IMG/VR virus record: IMGVR_UViG_3300037296_000151
Location: 1-59,596 of that record
Direction: 5' to 3' (one strand)
Length of the DNA: 59,596 bases
Origin: a virus
Taxonomy: Duplodnaviria > Caudoviricetes
Shown here: piece after piece, positions 30,901 through 35,772 of the stretch
Position numbering within the stretch: the stretch's first letter is position 1
Layout: the number at the start of each line of letters is the position of its first letter
The notes under the pieces: model-generated
Seen by the model: only the letters and a program-made list of their open reading frames with translations
What the model was told of the DNA's origin: nothing
Databases searched by the model: none
Position numbers and translations under genes: made by a program

Positions 30901-31067
30901 TCAGGGACTTCAACGCGGCGCACCCGACTTACCCGATCAGCCGCAAGACGATCACGCAGTCGGTGAAGGGGCGGCTTCGGTATTCCAACGGCTTTGACGC
31001 CGGGGCGAATATCAATCCGAAGTTGCGCCAGCAGATCGAGGACAGTCTCGCTCCGCGTCTATACTGA
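15948..31067 (+). CDS. darB: Giant DarB-like polyvalent protein (N6-adenine MTase, SNF2 helicase, zincin, PLxRFG domain), 5039 aa
   Basis: VLEPSVGIG at 22371; NPPF at 22572; GAGKT at 24696; DEAH at 25203; QREGRIVRQGN; HEIIH at 27792; PLARFG at 28971. Confidence 0.9.
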   Translation: MAENVFAILPTEYEARKAKADAEGRDIFDNPKLPSLEDGSPDYDALGGQYQVPPNIIKAVADSAGVDPKQAPEFAARAAAAIGKELQSGKDVPTALKTILGDEAATAELLKYADGIARQREGAEPVEAEDEQGRLSKAFEMGEKGAIKRGHEFARDASAAVEEGAFGQGVAGLREKAENALFVGEDGNPNALGRVVNAGRKMAEKGDGLSRPTVGGEKVTQEERAEDLRSNVSPMAQAAEARLKELSEGGFEIMDWRDIRGLGSAVQFMGENIATSLPQMGASMASGPFQPLVTITLLGGEANEELKERTELSEADRVAVATGAGTAMWALETIGLGRVFGGLVPSQVAKQALKGELSETLIKAGFKRSAARVLEAGIAEGSTEALQEGIVMGATAAAGGKYERGEVIDRLTSAFAGGAGAGAGLRAGAEPMAAMRDRREARDQQGSGGDGDTPAAGVPPIQPGGAPQSPPAPDAGPQAGPLPPAPAPTPAPTIEHPPLGPLAQAAARAPDLAVPDAEQGGMVEVQTLDGETFTAEFVEEGPGGIRVRDEQGEFTIPRADIEAGTQVKPVREQAVRFPDMKPGKEVSLEAPDGKVYRSTFLEETQGGVAVRIGGERVELSDREFDLAIDAAFLQEQQAKGGQKADAAPATETTETPTATAPEAPAAPQTSADPVETAQETDPVAFAEAERAEKVERRRAVIEREISATEAEEGFNLTPQERKSLTDRAMEEGGALDVSGATREILKTPPPLSEEVVDQGDVPPLFDEETTEPATGTLDEDAAPEEAAPQDPSQDWDSMDEVGRDKALRAAGYVTKNGKLNAPGRKALSSPWADLSPKVQAAIGGQSEPAAEAAPEPDEAELKRRDRVAKHDEWKAKADQAEQSIEVDERLPGKQAQGVPTAAYRVAPWPDGGYAVNVSANTGNGGFGAPFTPGFDTKEAAVEEAQKRIREHAQAVLADKNATESDSSKKEAQKILDWLDARGPAPEPEAVQGDDFDRDMTDKMISVRADIRAKEPVTVTGSKVTIGKNTITTREYQEQLARITSEDAHNASMKAALRSKLAELAATEPEAAPEAAAEPTIENIRTKAAVLRGVPKDQAPDVGNVSLKWDDREGGFIFSRKHTDKVRAALEASRPTTPETEVGQGEATEPDQKPIGARTDSGPRVLINLVGPDGLTDAERGKPYEKAEETPAPKPEEAKPADAPEITVHTTGGSLGSMTINGAKAIAISLVADGRGKSSGMDRGFKHYADQWFGKNRIKSPKGHIFIQPDHALDAFYFKRSEIEAYLNRGKTKPDAKPAPKAPAKKTTGADRPMADLTKLDYEGFDDKTREDGQNSPGKREARSETGRWARSVVKLLREAGFTDTLNAKGKKQKAVSFGWGMRHEPDETSIHLTAPNGADLYVRMGSSMSRGKALSILVQFRGEPEKPGYSKSFLGSNEFLDETMTPAEAVEKIIQWSKRGDPKQEKAKEEPTAWKPTVENYPFSDSEAGNPGPQARRWFEAASDDLLLNPKVNGFGLADNWLRAELKRRKIGIYTPSDKEAEPAEKPAPVKDTTPAADASPDFDAMFDDVRAEVEGKPEPKVSKADRDAERAKAAGAQAALDGRERQTPGWAVGTPAARVWIDAYDSTKKADKAEGWQSNKGLSLFKRVMGQSNNSLEDMRTGVFPEVAEYADWLGSLTDAELDKIAPVFRDDFNPFHGATFLGNGGIAEAEAAFAEVGVVREKPEADAEVSAQQERDDWARQLEDGYDLYAPGEVIPDAGPGAIPFKQWTVVSPGQFAAGVGDSPQQAVEAYLNRQDEGDSAPQDRSAGEAASSAAKNTGQAVNDALDGLVELFGGKNTLSSGLTFSAETYEKAKPLFIAAAQGFRDAGRDIKDVMRAVVRELVGRGANLDQMKPYVVRFTEDVHSGKISLNPDQETPDAGRPVRQNADEPLAGVEPEAVSPDAEGGNAGAGSEQAGARNRGPRKSDDASGDAAPRGGRNGKGRPVSGTRSRLEDPQTPKSKAVKKSRNSEIPQADFEITDDLRLGRGGEAEKFSDNIAAIETLKAIEAENRRATPDEQSVLARYVGWGGLANAFRVAGSAEGEGVAKGWEKRVAQLEDLLEPEELKAARNSTKAAHYTSELVTKAVWKAAQKAGFRGGAVLEPSVGIGNFLGLMPKELRGKSPVMAVEYDSLTARIAKHLYPNATVLHSGFQDVPLPDGQFALATGNPPFGRDRLRFQHLPGINGKTIHHQFFEASLHALEPGGILSMVVSRYIMDGKSAENRISLARRAELVGAIRLPSSAFRENARTEVVTDILVFRKHEATPDEVNAAIFIATGQGSLPKDITTEGMETAQRLADGMKKWLNVTEFQDPKGSGETLAMNEYFHRNPSMVVGEIGATGTMHKSNELGVTLDASELPAKLEAAIERLPERAPKDGIAERTAERFERLSDAMRLSLLGVEPGDVRVDEDGRIISVVEQMDGDKPILSEQEINADTPYTAEYFIGTDGKWRREIDKLDADGKKIKRKNKEGKLTNLNVKEVQVVEDPASIPSAAKWGEKRIEQLRDMLPIRDAFKRQVELEAQNATDKKIEANRQALKAAYDSFKKKHGALHQPRIRNITDGLPDGGLILAVEELTSKPGERQVKVADAPILSKRIITPTVARESAANMDEAITISLSETGGLDTERMASLLGKSVPDIEAALAEGDAPRGFYDPEQSKWVTSDEYLSGEVRRKLAAAERAGLDANVDALNKVAPAPWGPAEITPALGANWIPRQVYADFLKHLGYKTAAVKYQALTNTYGIDVDGKPGAAWATSGRAWSPVKITEAMMNSSSIRVTYRNADDKTVVDEEATAESQSKGEEIFNEFQDWAFADQARRDQLVEIFNGLFNTRVTRQRDGSHLSLPGANPSIKMRRHQNNAIWRGITDRVVLYDHVVGAGKTFTAIARVMERRRMGLSRKPMIVVPNHLTEQWAKDWRLLYPGAKLLVAGKKDFEKVNRRRLFARIAAGDYDAVIIGHSQITMVAMDPEVEIKYLEDELRNALDAVKEAEDQAAEDGTDSGRFKPFGVKEAERLVTKLEERMAKVRSKKRDNLITFQQMGVDDLTIDEAHEFKNLAYSSRLTGVSGMGNKEGSQKAIDLHLKLRSLHDSNASMSFLTGTPISNSVSEMYLLLRNLAPNQLREMGLENFDAWRSMFVSATSEWEPTEAGGLKEVTRLGREWTNMRTLMDLYYSVSDAVTLDDIKEAYAEDNNGAEFPVPRVKGDKKGEGRRMVAVKPGPEQTRILNDIVAGFDGLPGISDPMERAAERLRLMDKARKVALDPRAVDPKNAADPEGGKIRAVVDNIARIYRAFDADKGTQVVFLDRSVPKSKGDKKVVAEYDAALKAYDDAIRAQDDKKIAAAIEKLEKFDNNDIDARRAALAGGWNAYDEIKDQLVAQGIPEHEIAFVQNADTEVKKKSLFAEVRSGKVRVILGSTPRMGAGTNVQDRLVALHHVDVTWKPSDIEQREGRIVRQGNMLLDQYGQADFEVEVLAYATERTVDAKMWDLNGQKLRAINGIRKYDGSFLMEFEDAESASMAEMAALATGNPLMVERIKLDGAKKKLLAKQRTFNKQRNANRAKLSSAERTLDTADARAALYEQTAKAIQKARDEIEKRSAKRSIEVEGKTYGSIDEAVDAIDAAIAEQRGDKENGRFRIKIAGLPVTTQSDASKLVREAFGREGFEASVGGETFIDPHEAGKAMASALNKALADQANLDTQSLDGLSVMGMALEVTVNDSWGGDKSASVSVLHDGREVWENTYYSKNGAITSGEFTATLNKIDRTLTPDRFEGAAQYQRDAKAEAIAEIPEIKKTLEREWPQAGELDEVNKRLDTVIAGLEGGTNAAQEPEGEGDLKAKRRVTGRGIPYSKEVGQAVIQDLKAELKQAGIEGRVRLHIAPKFNHQGQTLDGYFLDGMIGVGTEAHDGAMGILRHEIIHALRDSRLWGQSHGLFTPAEWRALVRAARTDKRLMDQVSEMYPNLTGPDLVEEAIAEMYREWSDKKDRDLSSPQGKAMEKLRQIIEAIVNALRANGANEAAAVFDRIRSGEIGGRGPDGTSPQGPGGGVKARVSGKGITRGIPFGTAHLKTQNVKERVSSFLTDVMGGGVQAGANALGLVPGRPLIEELGKRLPALQRYLGLKEKMDADRQQWHAKTDEVAQEWIKLGKKDTEANGRLMDLMHRSTIAGVDPSKNFAVFKGEKASDRNARYRSFASFKAEFDALPADFQEMFGKVKDAYTEMADAFEEAVLENVRSAQQVALRKAERAYRKAVKRVEDDGLTGQERDDALAEAQARVDAARANVGWAQKARLASLRSEFESNRLTGPYFPLARFGNYFVGGRNPKSGEIETFSRFESEQDQKEESRRLEEEGYEVESGVLGGQDADLKGMVDPNFVADIQELLADSGADEGIMDAVWQRWLETLPDMSVRKNRIHRKGRAGFSKDALRAFAHHQFHGAHQLARLRYGLKMGDEIDQAYEESEEVADATNRNRATLVVDEVARRHKETMRPKVAAWASAMSGLAFTWYLAQTPAAAIVNLSQTTVVGVPLMKAAFAGSSVKDVTVELGKAAAEFARGGVNKGAEASKNLTEKEREAMREAHKRGIVDKTQAHDIAGVQETGLEYSGEREKWMKRLSWMFHKAEVANRETTFLASYRMARKNGSPHAEAIEKAGKLTWKIHFDYQHSSRPRFMQNDYMRVLTIFRQFTVNMLYRMARDTHQSLKGATPEERTEARAQLAGITLSMAAHAGITGVWGYGLVMSVLGMILPGMDDDDVEEWVQDALLLEGDSIGTAAWNYAMGMALKGVPGHVTGINLTSRIGMADLWFRAPYKDLEAEDSIQHYMNELAGPIPSIAFSVGRGIEQVLNAGSFREVMRGVETATPKAVNDLLQAGRYAVEGVQTRRGDPVLEDVGMKDVLVQAFGFTPAAVGEAYDKAGRMKQLEQRITDKRSRLQQRVGDAVLKGKPVSEKLMRQIRDFNAAHPTYPISRKTITQSVKGRLRYSNGFDAGANINPKLRQQIEDSLAPRLY
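21706..21930 (+). CDS. Overprinted 74-aa ORF in the +1 frame inside darB (TnpV-like helical pattern)
   Basis: AGGAG SD before ATG 21706; TTTACC-17 nt-TAAAAT promoter at 21648-21676; protein-like sequence. Confidence 0.65.
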   Translation: MLADQYAKTLMNHWQEWSPKRFRRMQKAGTLEQEANKQGREIEDRVKVMMRQGMQRHEAEEMVRDDLYPAPEAD

Positions 31068-31080
31068 ATGGGTGGTCCTG

Positions 31081-31117
31081 TGCTATAACAGGGCCATCCC
31101 CCGCGCATGAGGTGCGG
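31081..31117 (+). promoter_or_regulatory. Extended -10 plus CsrA-type hairpin upstream of the endolysin
   Basis: TGcTATAAC at 31081; CCGCGC-ATGAG-GTGCGG 31101-31117. Confidence 0.7.
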
Positions 31118-31142
31118 CACCCTAGCAAAACAGGTGCGCCTC

Positions 31143-31973
31143 ATGTCGATCCAGCTTGGTACTCTCCGTCACGATATTTTTGAGGTCCAAACGGGCCTCA
31201 AGCACTCTGGCTATGATCCCGGCCCGCTCGATGGCTTCTGGGGGCCGCGTACCTTTGATGCGGCCACGGCCTTCATCGCCGGGGGCAGCAAGACCGGCTC
31301 CCGTTGGGCGATCACCGAAATGGGCGAGGGGCTGCGCGATCTAGGCTGGCTCTCTGACGATCCGCTGATTGCCAGCGCAGAGGTCGTGCGCGAGGCGCTA
31401 ATCAACCTCACGGCGGCCTATGGTGCCCCACGCGCCGCCTATGAGCCTGACTACGCCAGCGATCCGCTTGTCTCGAAGACAAAGCCTGCCCTCGCCTCGA
31501 TCAGCGAGGGGCGTGTGATCGAGCAGGCGGGCAATGTCGTCACCCTTCTGGTGCTGCACACATCGGCAACCTCTGGGACGTGGTGGCGCGGCAAGACCGT
31601 CGAGCAGATGCGCGACGAGTTCGACCGCTGGCACCGGGCAAAGGGCTGGAATGGCGTCGGCTATCATGGCGTTTATGCACCGGATGGCAGCAGCGCACCG
31701 GGCCGACCCTACGAGCAGCAGGGGGCGCATGTGAGCGGGCACAATGAGGGCTCCATCGGCTTTTGCATGGTCCCGATTAGAACGATCGACAAGATGGGGC
31801 ATTGGTCGACCTATTACACGCCGGAGCAAGTCGCGGCAGTACGCCGGGATCTGCACAAGCTCGCAGAGCGCACGCCCATCGCGCGCCTTGCCGGGCACAA
31901 CGAGTTCAGCAACAAGCTCTGCCCCGGCTTCGTGGTCGAAGACAAGGAGTGGACGGAGCTCGCAGTCGCATGA
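31143..31973 (+). CDS. Endolysin: PG-binding domain plus N-acetylmuramoyl-L-alanine amidase (Amidase_2)
   Basis: GYDPGPLDGFWGPRT; LVLHTSA, GWNGVGYH, GAHVSGHN, GHNEFSNKLCPGF. Confidence 0.9.
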   Translation: MSIQLGTLRHDIFEVQTGLKHSGYDPGPLDGFWGPRTFDAATAFIAGGSKTGSRWAITEMGEGLRDLGWLSDDPLIASAEVVREALINLTAAYGAPRAAYEPDYASDPLVSKTKPALASISEGRVIEQAGNVVTLLVLHTSATSGTWWRGKTVEQMRDEFDRWHRAKGWNGVGYHGVYAPDGSSAPGRPYEQQGAHVSGHNEGSIGFCMVPIRTIDKMGHWSTYYTPEQVAAVRRDLHKLAERTPIARLAGHNEFSNKLCPGFVVEDKEWTELAVA

Positions 31974-32242
31974 TGTTCAAGGTACTGACAATCGCCCTTC
32001 TGGCCGCGCTGGCGGCCTGTGTGGGCCTCTCTGGCGTAGTCTGGTGGCAATCCGGCGCCATCGACGCGCTGCGCATTGAAAAAGCAACCCTGCGGCTTTC
32101 TTTGGAGGGCTGCAACGCCCGCGCCGCCAATCAACATGAGGATAAGAAAAGCGATGCTGAAATTGACAACATGCTTGATCTGCGCCGCGTCCCTGATAGC
32201 TGGTTGCTCCCCCCAGCCCCCGGCAGTGGTGGCCTCTACTGA
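31970..32242 (+). CDS. i-spanin (Rz-like), 90 aa
   Basis: N-terminal TM anchor and coiled coil; ATGA coupling to the endolysin. Confidence 0.75.
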   Translation: MMFKVLTIALLAALAACVGLSGVVWWQSGAIDALRIEKATLRLSLEGCNARAANQHEDKKSDAEIDNMLDLRRVPDSWLLPPAPGSGGLY

Positions 32243-32663
32243 GGCGATCTTCTGCGACGTGGAAGAAAAGCGCCGGTTCACGCAGGAAGAGATTAACTGG
32301 CGCGCGGCGCACGCCCCTTGGAACCTGCGCCGCGACTATAAGACCAACCTGACCTATGAACGTGAGTGCGAGGCCGAGGTCGAATAAATCAGCTACGGTG
32401 CAAATTTCGTTGAATTTATCCACGGTAATTGCCCGCGCATATTTCTTGCCTTTGACGGTCAAATTGGCGGCATAGCCAGAGCCTTTTTTGATAAGGCCAT
32501 GTTCGCGCAGGATGCACATTGCCGTGTGTCCAGTGGTGAAACCTAGTGCGTAAGAAATCACCGCCCCGTTAAGCGTTTGACGTGGTGTTTCATCGCCAAA
32601 ATTGGCGTTTGCGTGAACCGCTATCACTTGTTCGTCAGAGATAATGTCGCTGGGCTTTTCCAT
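31977..32663 (-). CDS. Hypothetical protein; first ~92 codons gene-like, remainder runs antisense through the spanins
   Basis: AAGGA SD; no stop before the convergent spanin genes. Confidence 0.5.
   Translation of the reverse strand: MEKPSDIISDEQVIAVHANANFGDETPRQTLNGAVISYALGFTTGHTAMCILREHGLIKKGSGYAANLTVKGKKYARAITVDKFNEICTVADLFDLGLALTFIGQVGLIVAAQVPRGVRRAPVNLFLREPALFFHVAEDRLSRGHHCRGLGGATSYQGRGADQACCQFQHRFSYPHVDWRRGRCSPPKKAAGLLFQCAARRWRRIATRLRQRGPHRPPARPEGRLSVP
32154..32387 (+). CDS. o-spanin (Rz1-like lipoprotein), overlapping the i-spanin
   Basis: Lipobox LIAGC; start could also be 32136. Confidence 0.75.
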   Translation: MLKLTTCLICAASLIAGCSPQPPAVVASTEAIFCDVEEKRRFTQEEINWRAAHAPWNLRRDYKTNLTYERECEAEVE

Positions 32664-32673
32664 GATCGGTCCT

Positions 32674-33138
32674 TTATGTACGGTCTGGATCGGCTTCCCG
32701 ATATTCTGGTTTTTCTGGAATTATGTATGGGAAAGTGACCGGAACACGGCTGTCTTTACTGGTGAAGTATGTCTTGAACTTCTCGCCAGTTTCTTCGTCC
32801 GTAAACCACTCCCAAAACACAATGCCGTCGATGTTGTAAGCGTTACCGTCAGCGCCCTTGAACACGTTTGATGCGCGGCGGTTTTGCCAAGTGTCTTCGC
32901 CAACCTCGACCCACTCATCGTCGCTTCCCGTAATGGGCGTAAGTGGCTTGTAAGACGCAAGTTTGGTAAACAAATCAACGGCGAAAGGTGCCGAGCTGCC
33001 GCTGTGGCCTTGATCGCAAAACACCTTTAGCAATTCTAAAGTGCCTTCTCGCAGCCATTTGTTCGGCCCGTCCTCTGTGTCGCTGGCAGGGTATCCCGCG
33101 AACTCAAGTTCTGTCTCTGCCCAATTCATCATGCTCAT
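32674..33138 (-). CDS. Hypothetical phage protein, 154 aa
   Basis: QGHSGSSA, PLTPITGSDDEW, QNRRASNVFK motifs; SD. Confidence 0.8.
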   Translation of the reverse strand: MSMMNWAETELEFAGYPASDTEDGPNKWLREGTLELLKVFCDQGHSGSSAPFAVDLFTKLASYKPLTPITGSDDEWVEVGEDTWQNRRASNVFKGADGNAYNIDGIVFWEWFTDEETGEKFKTYFTSKDSRVPVTFPYIIPEKPEYREADPDRT

Positions 33139-33147
33139 AATCTGGTC

Positions 33148-33447
33148 CTATTGTGTAAGCAGTTTCGGACGGCTTTCAATGTCGTCTAAACCCTGCAAGA
33201 TTTCATAATCCGACAAGACACCCTCTGCCATGCCGATGGTGTAGTTTTCCTTGCCGCCGTCCATGTTCAGGTGGCTAACGTCAAAGTAAGGCACTTTGGA
33301 CTTACCCCCGAAACCGCCAAGCATCCGAGTGCCGACGATCTGCTTGTACATGAAATGCCGCTTTCGACGCGCTCCGATGAAGTGAAACACCCTGAGAACG
33401 TCACCCTCTTTCATTGCGCGGCCATGTTTGTCGCGTGTCTCAGTCAT
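33148..33447 (-). CDS. Hypothetical protein, 99 aa
   Basis: ORF with SD in a leftward operon. Confidence 0.7.
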   Translation of the reverse strand: MTETRDKHGRAMKEGDVLRVFHFIGARRKRHFMYKQIVGTRMLGGFGGKSKVPYFDVSHLNMDGGKENYTIGMAEGVLSDYEILQGLDDIESRPKLLTQ

Positions 33448-33623
33448 GATCCCTCAATCCTCAAAGGCTTTGATTTCATTCGACGCATACCGCCACATTC
33501 GTTCGGGTGGGCGCAGTGCATGACGCCAGTAGACCGGCATGATGGGCAGTACAGGCCGGAGGGATTATCGCTCACGGGCGCATCATCTGCTGCCTTTTCC
33601 TCAATGTAATCTATACCTTTCAT
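33444..33623 (-). CDS. Small Cys-rich protein, 59 aa (not in ORF track)
   Basis: MKGIDY...YCPSC...HCAHPNECGG; ATGA coupling to the next gene. Confidence 0.55.
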   Translation of the reverse strand: MKGIDYIEEKAADDAPVSDNPSGLYCPSCRSTGVMHCAHPNECGGMRRMKSKPLRIEGS

Positions 33624-33640
33624 CCTATGCGTCCCCTATG

Positions 33641-33847
33641 TTAGGTGTTTTCTGCGAAGGCGCGGGCGGCTTTCAGCGCCGCCGCCTTGGTCTTAAACGT
33701 GCGTTCAATCCCGTCTTTGCGCATCAAGGTCCGACCATCCACTTTTGCAGTGTGGCGTTCTTCGGGCCATTTCGTCCCGCCTCGACCAGCGCTGTAGACA
33801 TTGGCGAACCCTGTTGAAATCTTGGCTGTTGTGCCTGCGCTGGTCAT
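33641..33847 (-). CDS. Small basic protein, 68 aa
   Basis: AAGGA SD. Confidence 0.6.
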   Translation of the reverse strand: MTSAGTTAKISTGFANVYSAGRGGTKWPEERHTAKVDGRTLMRKDGIERTFKTKAAALKAARAFAENT

Positions 33848-33859
33848 TGGGTCGGTCCT

Positions 33860-34051
33860 TTAAGTGGTTGTGAAGTGGGGGCAATCTTCTGCCCATGCAT
33901 TATGCGTTTGTGGCGCGCTAGCACCCCATAGGCGAGCGCGGAAAACAGGCGGCGGCAATTGCGACTTTTCCCATGCACAATGGAGCAATGTACTGCTGTC
34001 GCTGTGGGTGCAGTGGGTGCAAATACTGCAAGCTCTTTTAACTTCTGTCAT
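33860..34051 (-). CDS. Small Cys-rich protein, 63 aa
   Basis: CSICTHC...C...CPHF; AAGGA SD. Confidence 0.6.
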   Translation of the reverse strand: MTEVKRACSICTHCTHSDSSTLLHCAWEKSQLPPPVFRARLWGASAPQTHNAWAEDCPHFTTT

Positions 34052-34091
34052 GTTCTCGGTCCTTTGTGTCGGGTTCGGTTACATCTTAGCC

Positions 34092-34170
34092 TGACATTAA
34101 AGGTGTTCACAAATACTGTCAAGCATTACCGTTCATAACGCTGTACATTATGAACAACGGAATGTAATGT
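34092..34170. promoter_or_regulatory. Putative res/operator site of the serine recombinase
   Basis: AT-rich; GTTCATAA (34131)...TTATGAAC (34148) inverted repeat; TGACA...TGTCA pair. Confidence 0.5.
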
Positions 34171-34176
34171 TCGGAC

Positions 34177-34848
34177 ATGATCACAATACCCGAATTTACA
34201 GGCAACCTTTACGGATATGCCCGCGTCTCGACCGAGGAGCAAAACCTCGACCTACAGATGGACGCTTTGCGCGCAGCGGGCATCCCTGACAATCGCATCT
34301 TCACCGAAAAACTGTCTGGCAAGACGACCAAGCGCCCTAAGCTGGAATTGGTGCGCAAGGTCATGCGCGCTGGTGACGGACTTGTCGTCTGGCGCATGGA
34401 CCGGATCGGGCGCAACACCATTGAGGTGATCCAGTTCATTGATGCGCTGGCGAAAGATCAAATCCTATTCCGCAGCCTGTCGGAGCAAATCGACCTGACC
34501 TCGCCTATGGGCCGTTTCATGGTCACTATCTTTGCTGGGTTGGCCCAATGGGAACGCGACATGATCGCGGCCCGTACAAGCGCGGGGATGGCTGCAGCAA
34601 GGGCGCGGGGGGTTCGCATGGGGCCAAAACACCTGATCCTTGATTGCCCCAAGCGGTTCGCCAAATTCATAGAGTTGTGGAAGTCTGGCGACATCCCCGA
34701 TGGCACACTGTCAGCCCGCGAAATTGCCGCCACGTTGAACGCGGTAGAGGGCAGCAAGTTGCCCAAGATGAAGTCGCACACGTCATATGCCAACTGGAAG
34801 GCGCGTGGGTTCAACGGCTTTAACAAAGAAACGATGGAAAGGGTTTAA
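34177..34848 (+). CDS. Small serine recombinase (resolvase/invertase family), 223 aa
   Basis: YGYARVST catalytic motif; VWRMDRIGR; ERDMIAART. Confidence 0.95.
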   Translation: MITIPEFTGNLYGYARVSTEEQNLDLQMDALRAAGIPDNRIFTEKLSGKTTKRPKLELVRKVMRAGDGLVVWRMDRIGRNTIEVIQFIDALAKDQILFRSLSEQIDLTSPMGRFMVTIFAGLAQWERDMIAARTSAGMAAARARGVRMGPKHLILDCPKRFAKFIELWKSGDIPDGTLSAREIAATLNAVEGSKLPKMKSHTSYANWKARGFNGFNKETMERV

Positions 34849-34849
34849 C

Positions 34850-35539
34850 GTGGAAAAGCTTCGCGTTCTTGATCTTTTCAGTGGAATCGGCGGGTTTAGC
34901 CTTGGGTTTGATTGGGCAGGGATGGAGACCGTTCAGTTTGTTGAGTGGGAGCCGAAAGCGCAACGCATACTCAAAAAGCATTGGCCGCATGTGCCAATTC
35001 ATGGGAATATTAAAACGTATGAGCCGACACGAAATGAGGCAGATGTCATTTGCGGAGGTTTCCCCTGTCAGCGGTTTTCAACAGCCGCTAGAGGAAGAAA
35101 CATTGCCGAAGATTTATGGCCGGAAATGCGCCGCATCATCGAGGTTGTCAGACCCATTTGGGTTGTGGCTGAGAACGTCCCTCGCGTGGGCCATGACTAT
35201 CCCGCAGGAGAACTGGAAGCTATCGGCTACACCTGCTGGCCGCTCACTCTGGACGCTGCGCCACGCGGACGCAGACACAAGCGCAGAAGGGCTGTCTTTG
35301 TGGCCCACGCCAACGAGAACGGCCAACCAAAATGCCCCCTCAATGCGGAAATGGAAAAGCTGCAAGGCGGTTCAGGACGAGGCTGGGGGCATCAACCCGC
35401 GCCTTTGGGAATGGCAACACGGGTTCCCGGATGGTTGGACAGATGTAACTTGCTAGGGAACGCATTCAGTCCGCATGTTGCCCACGCGATAGGCAGCGCA
35501 ATAGTTTTAAGCCAAAGAGAATTTGGCTGTTCACAATAG
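34850..35539 (+). CDS. DNA (cytosine-5) methyltransferase, alpha polypeptide
   Basis: DLFSGIGG (I), GGFPCQ (IV), AENV (VI), RRR (VIII), LGNA (X); GTG start. Confidence 0.9.
   Translation: MEKLRVLDLFSGIGGFSLGFDWAGMETVQFVEWEPKAQRILKKHWPHVPIHGNIKTYEPTRNEADVICGGFPCQRFSTAARGRNIAEDLWPEMRRIIEVVRPIWVVAENVPRVGHDYPAGELEAIGYTCWPLTLDAAPRGRRHKRRRAVFVAHANENGQPKCPLNAEMEKLQGGSGRGWGHQPAPLGMATRVPGWLDRCNLLGNAFSPHVAHAIGSAIVLSQREFGCSQ
35034..35456 (+). CDS. Nested alternative-frame MTase beta polypeptide carrying motif IX
   Basis: LWPTP and GINPRLWEWQHGFPDGWT in a second frame; exact start uncertain (35034 or 35043). Confidence 0.7.
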   Translation: MRQMSFAEVSPVSGFQQPLEEETLPKIYGRKCAASSRLSDPFGLWLRTSLAWAMTIPQENWKLSATPAGRSLWTLRHADADTSAEGLSLWPTPTRTANQNAPSMRKWKSCKAVQDEAGGINPRLWEWQHGFPDGWTDVTC

Positions 35540-35741
35540 GAGCCTGCTCACATAATCACGCCCCGTTCTTGTTATGTCTATGTGAGCATTTGGGGTTTAA
35601 GGTGCTGCAATCAAACGAAGTTGATGTAATTCAAAATCCCCCGCCGCGAGGCGTGAGAGTTCGAATCTCTCCTTGGGCACCAATGACTTAGCAGGCTTTC
35701 CGCTCCTGCAATTTACCTCTGCTCACATACCCTGCTCACAT
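35527..35741. repeat. Integrase arm-type sites flanking the attP core
   Basis: CTGCTCACAT at 35544, 35719, 35732; CTGTTCACA at 35527; inverted ATGTGAGCA at 35580. Confidence 0.75.
35629..35682 (+). mobile_element. attP core: 3' portion of tRNA-Leu(CAA), anticodon loop to CCA
   Basis: TTCAAAA loop, variable arm, T-arm GAGAG-TTCGAAT-CTCTC, CCA end; 5' half absent; next to the integrase. Confidence 0.9.
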
Positions 35742-35772
35742 AGTCTTGCTATGATCCCGTTACGTTCTTCGG

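Noticed and set aside
31107-31142. ORF-track starts at 31107 and 57318
   Set aside because: Both codons fall within the regulatory hairpins; downstream ATGs at 31143 and 57333 fit the SD positions better.
34177-34848. Tail-fibre invertase (Gin/Cin-type shufflon)
   Set aside because: It is 25 kb from the fibre genes and I saw no inverted fibre cassette or paired crossover sites.
35590-35682. Complete phage tRNA-Leu gene
   Set aside because: Only the anticodon loop to CCA is present; upstream bases cannot form the acceptor, D or anticodon stems, so it is the attP core.
35565-35766. Degenerate LexA-like boxes around attP (35565 and near 35752)
   Set aside because: Mismatched and not upstream of an evident gene in this configuration; too weak to call.
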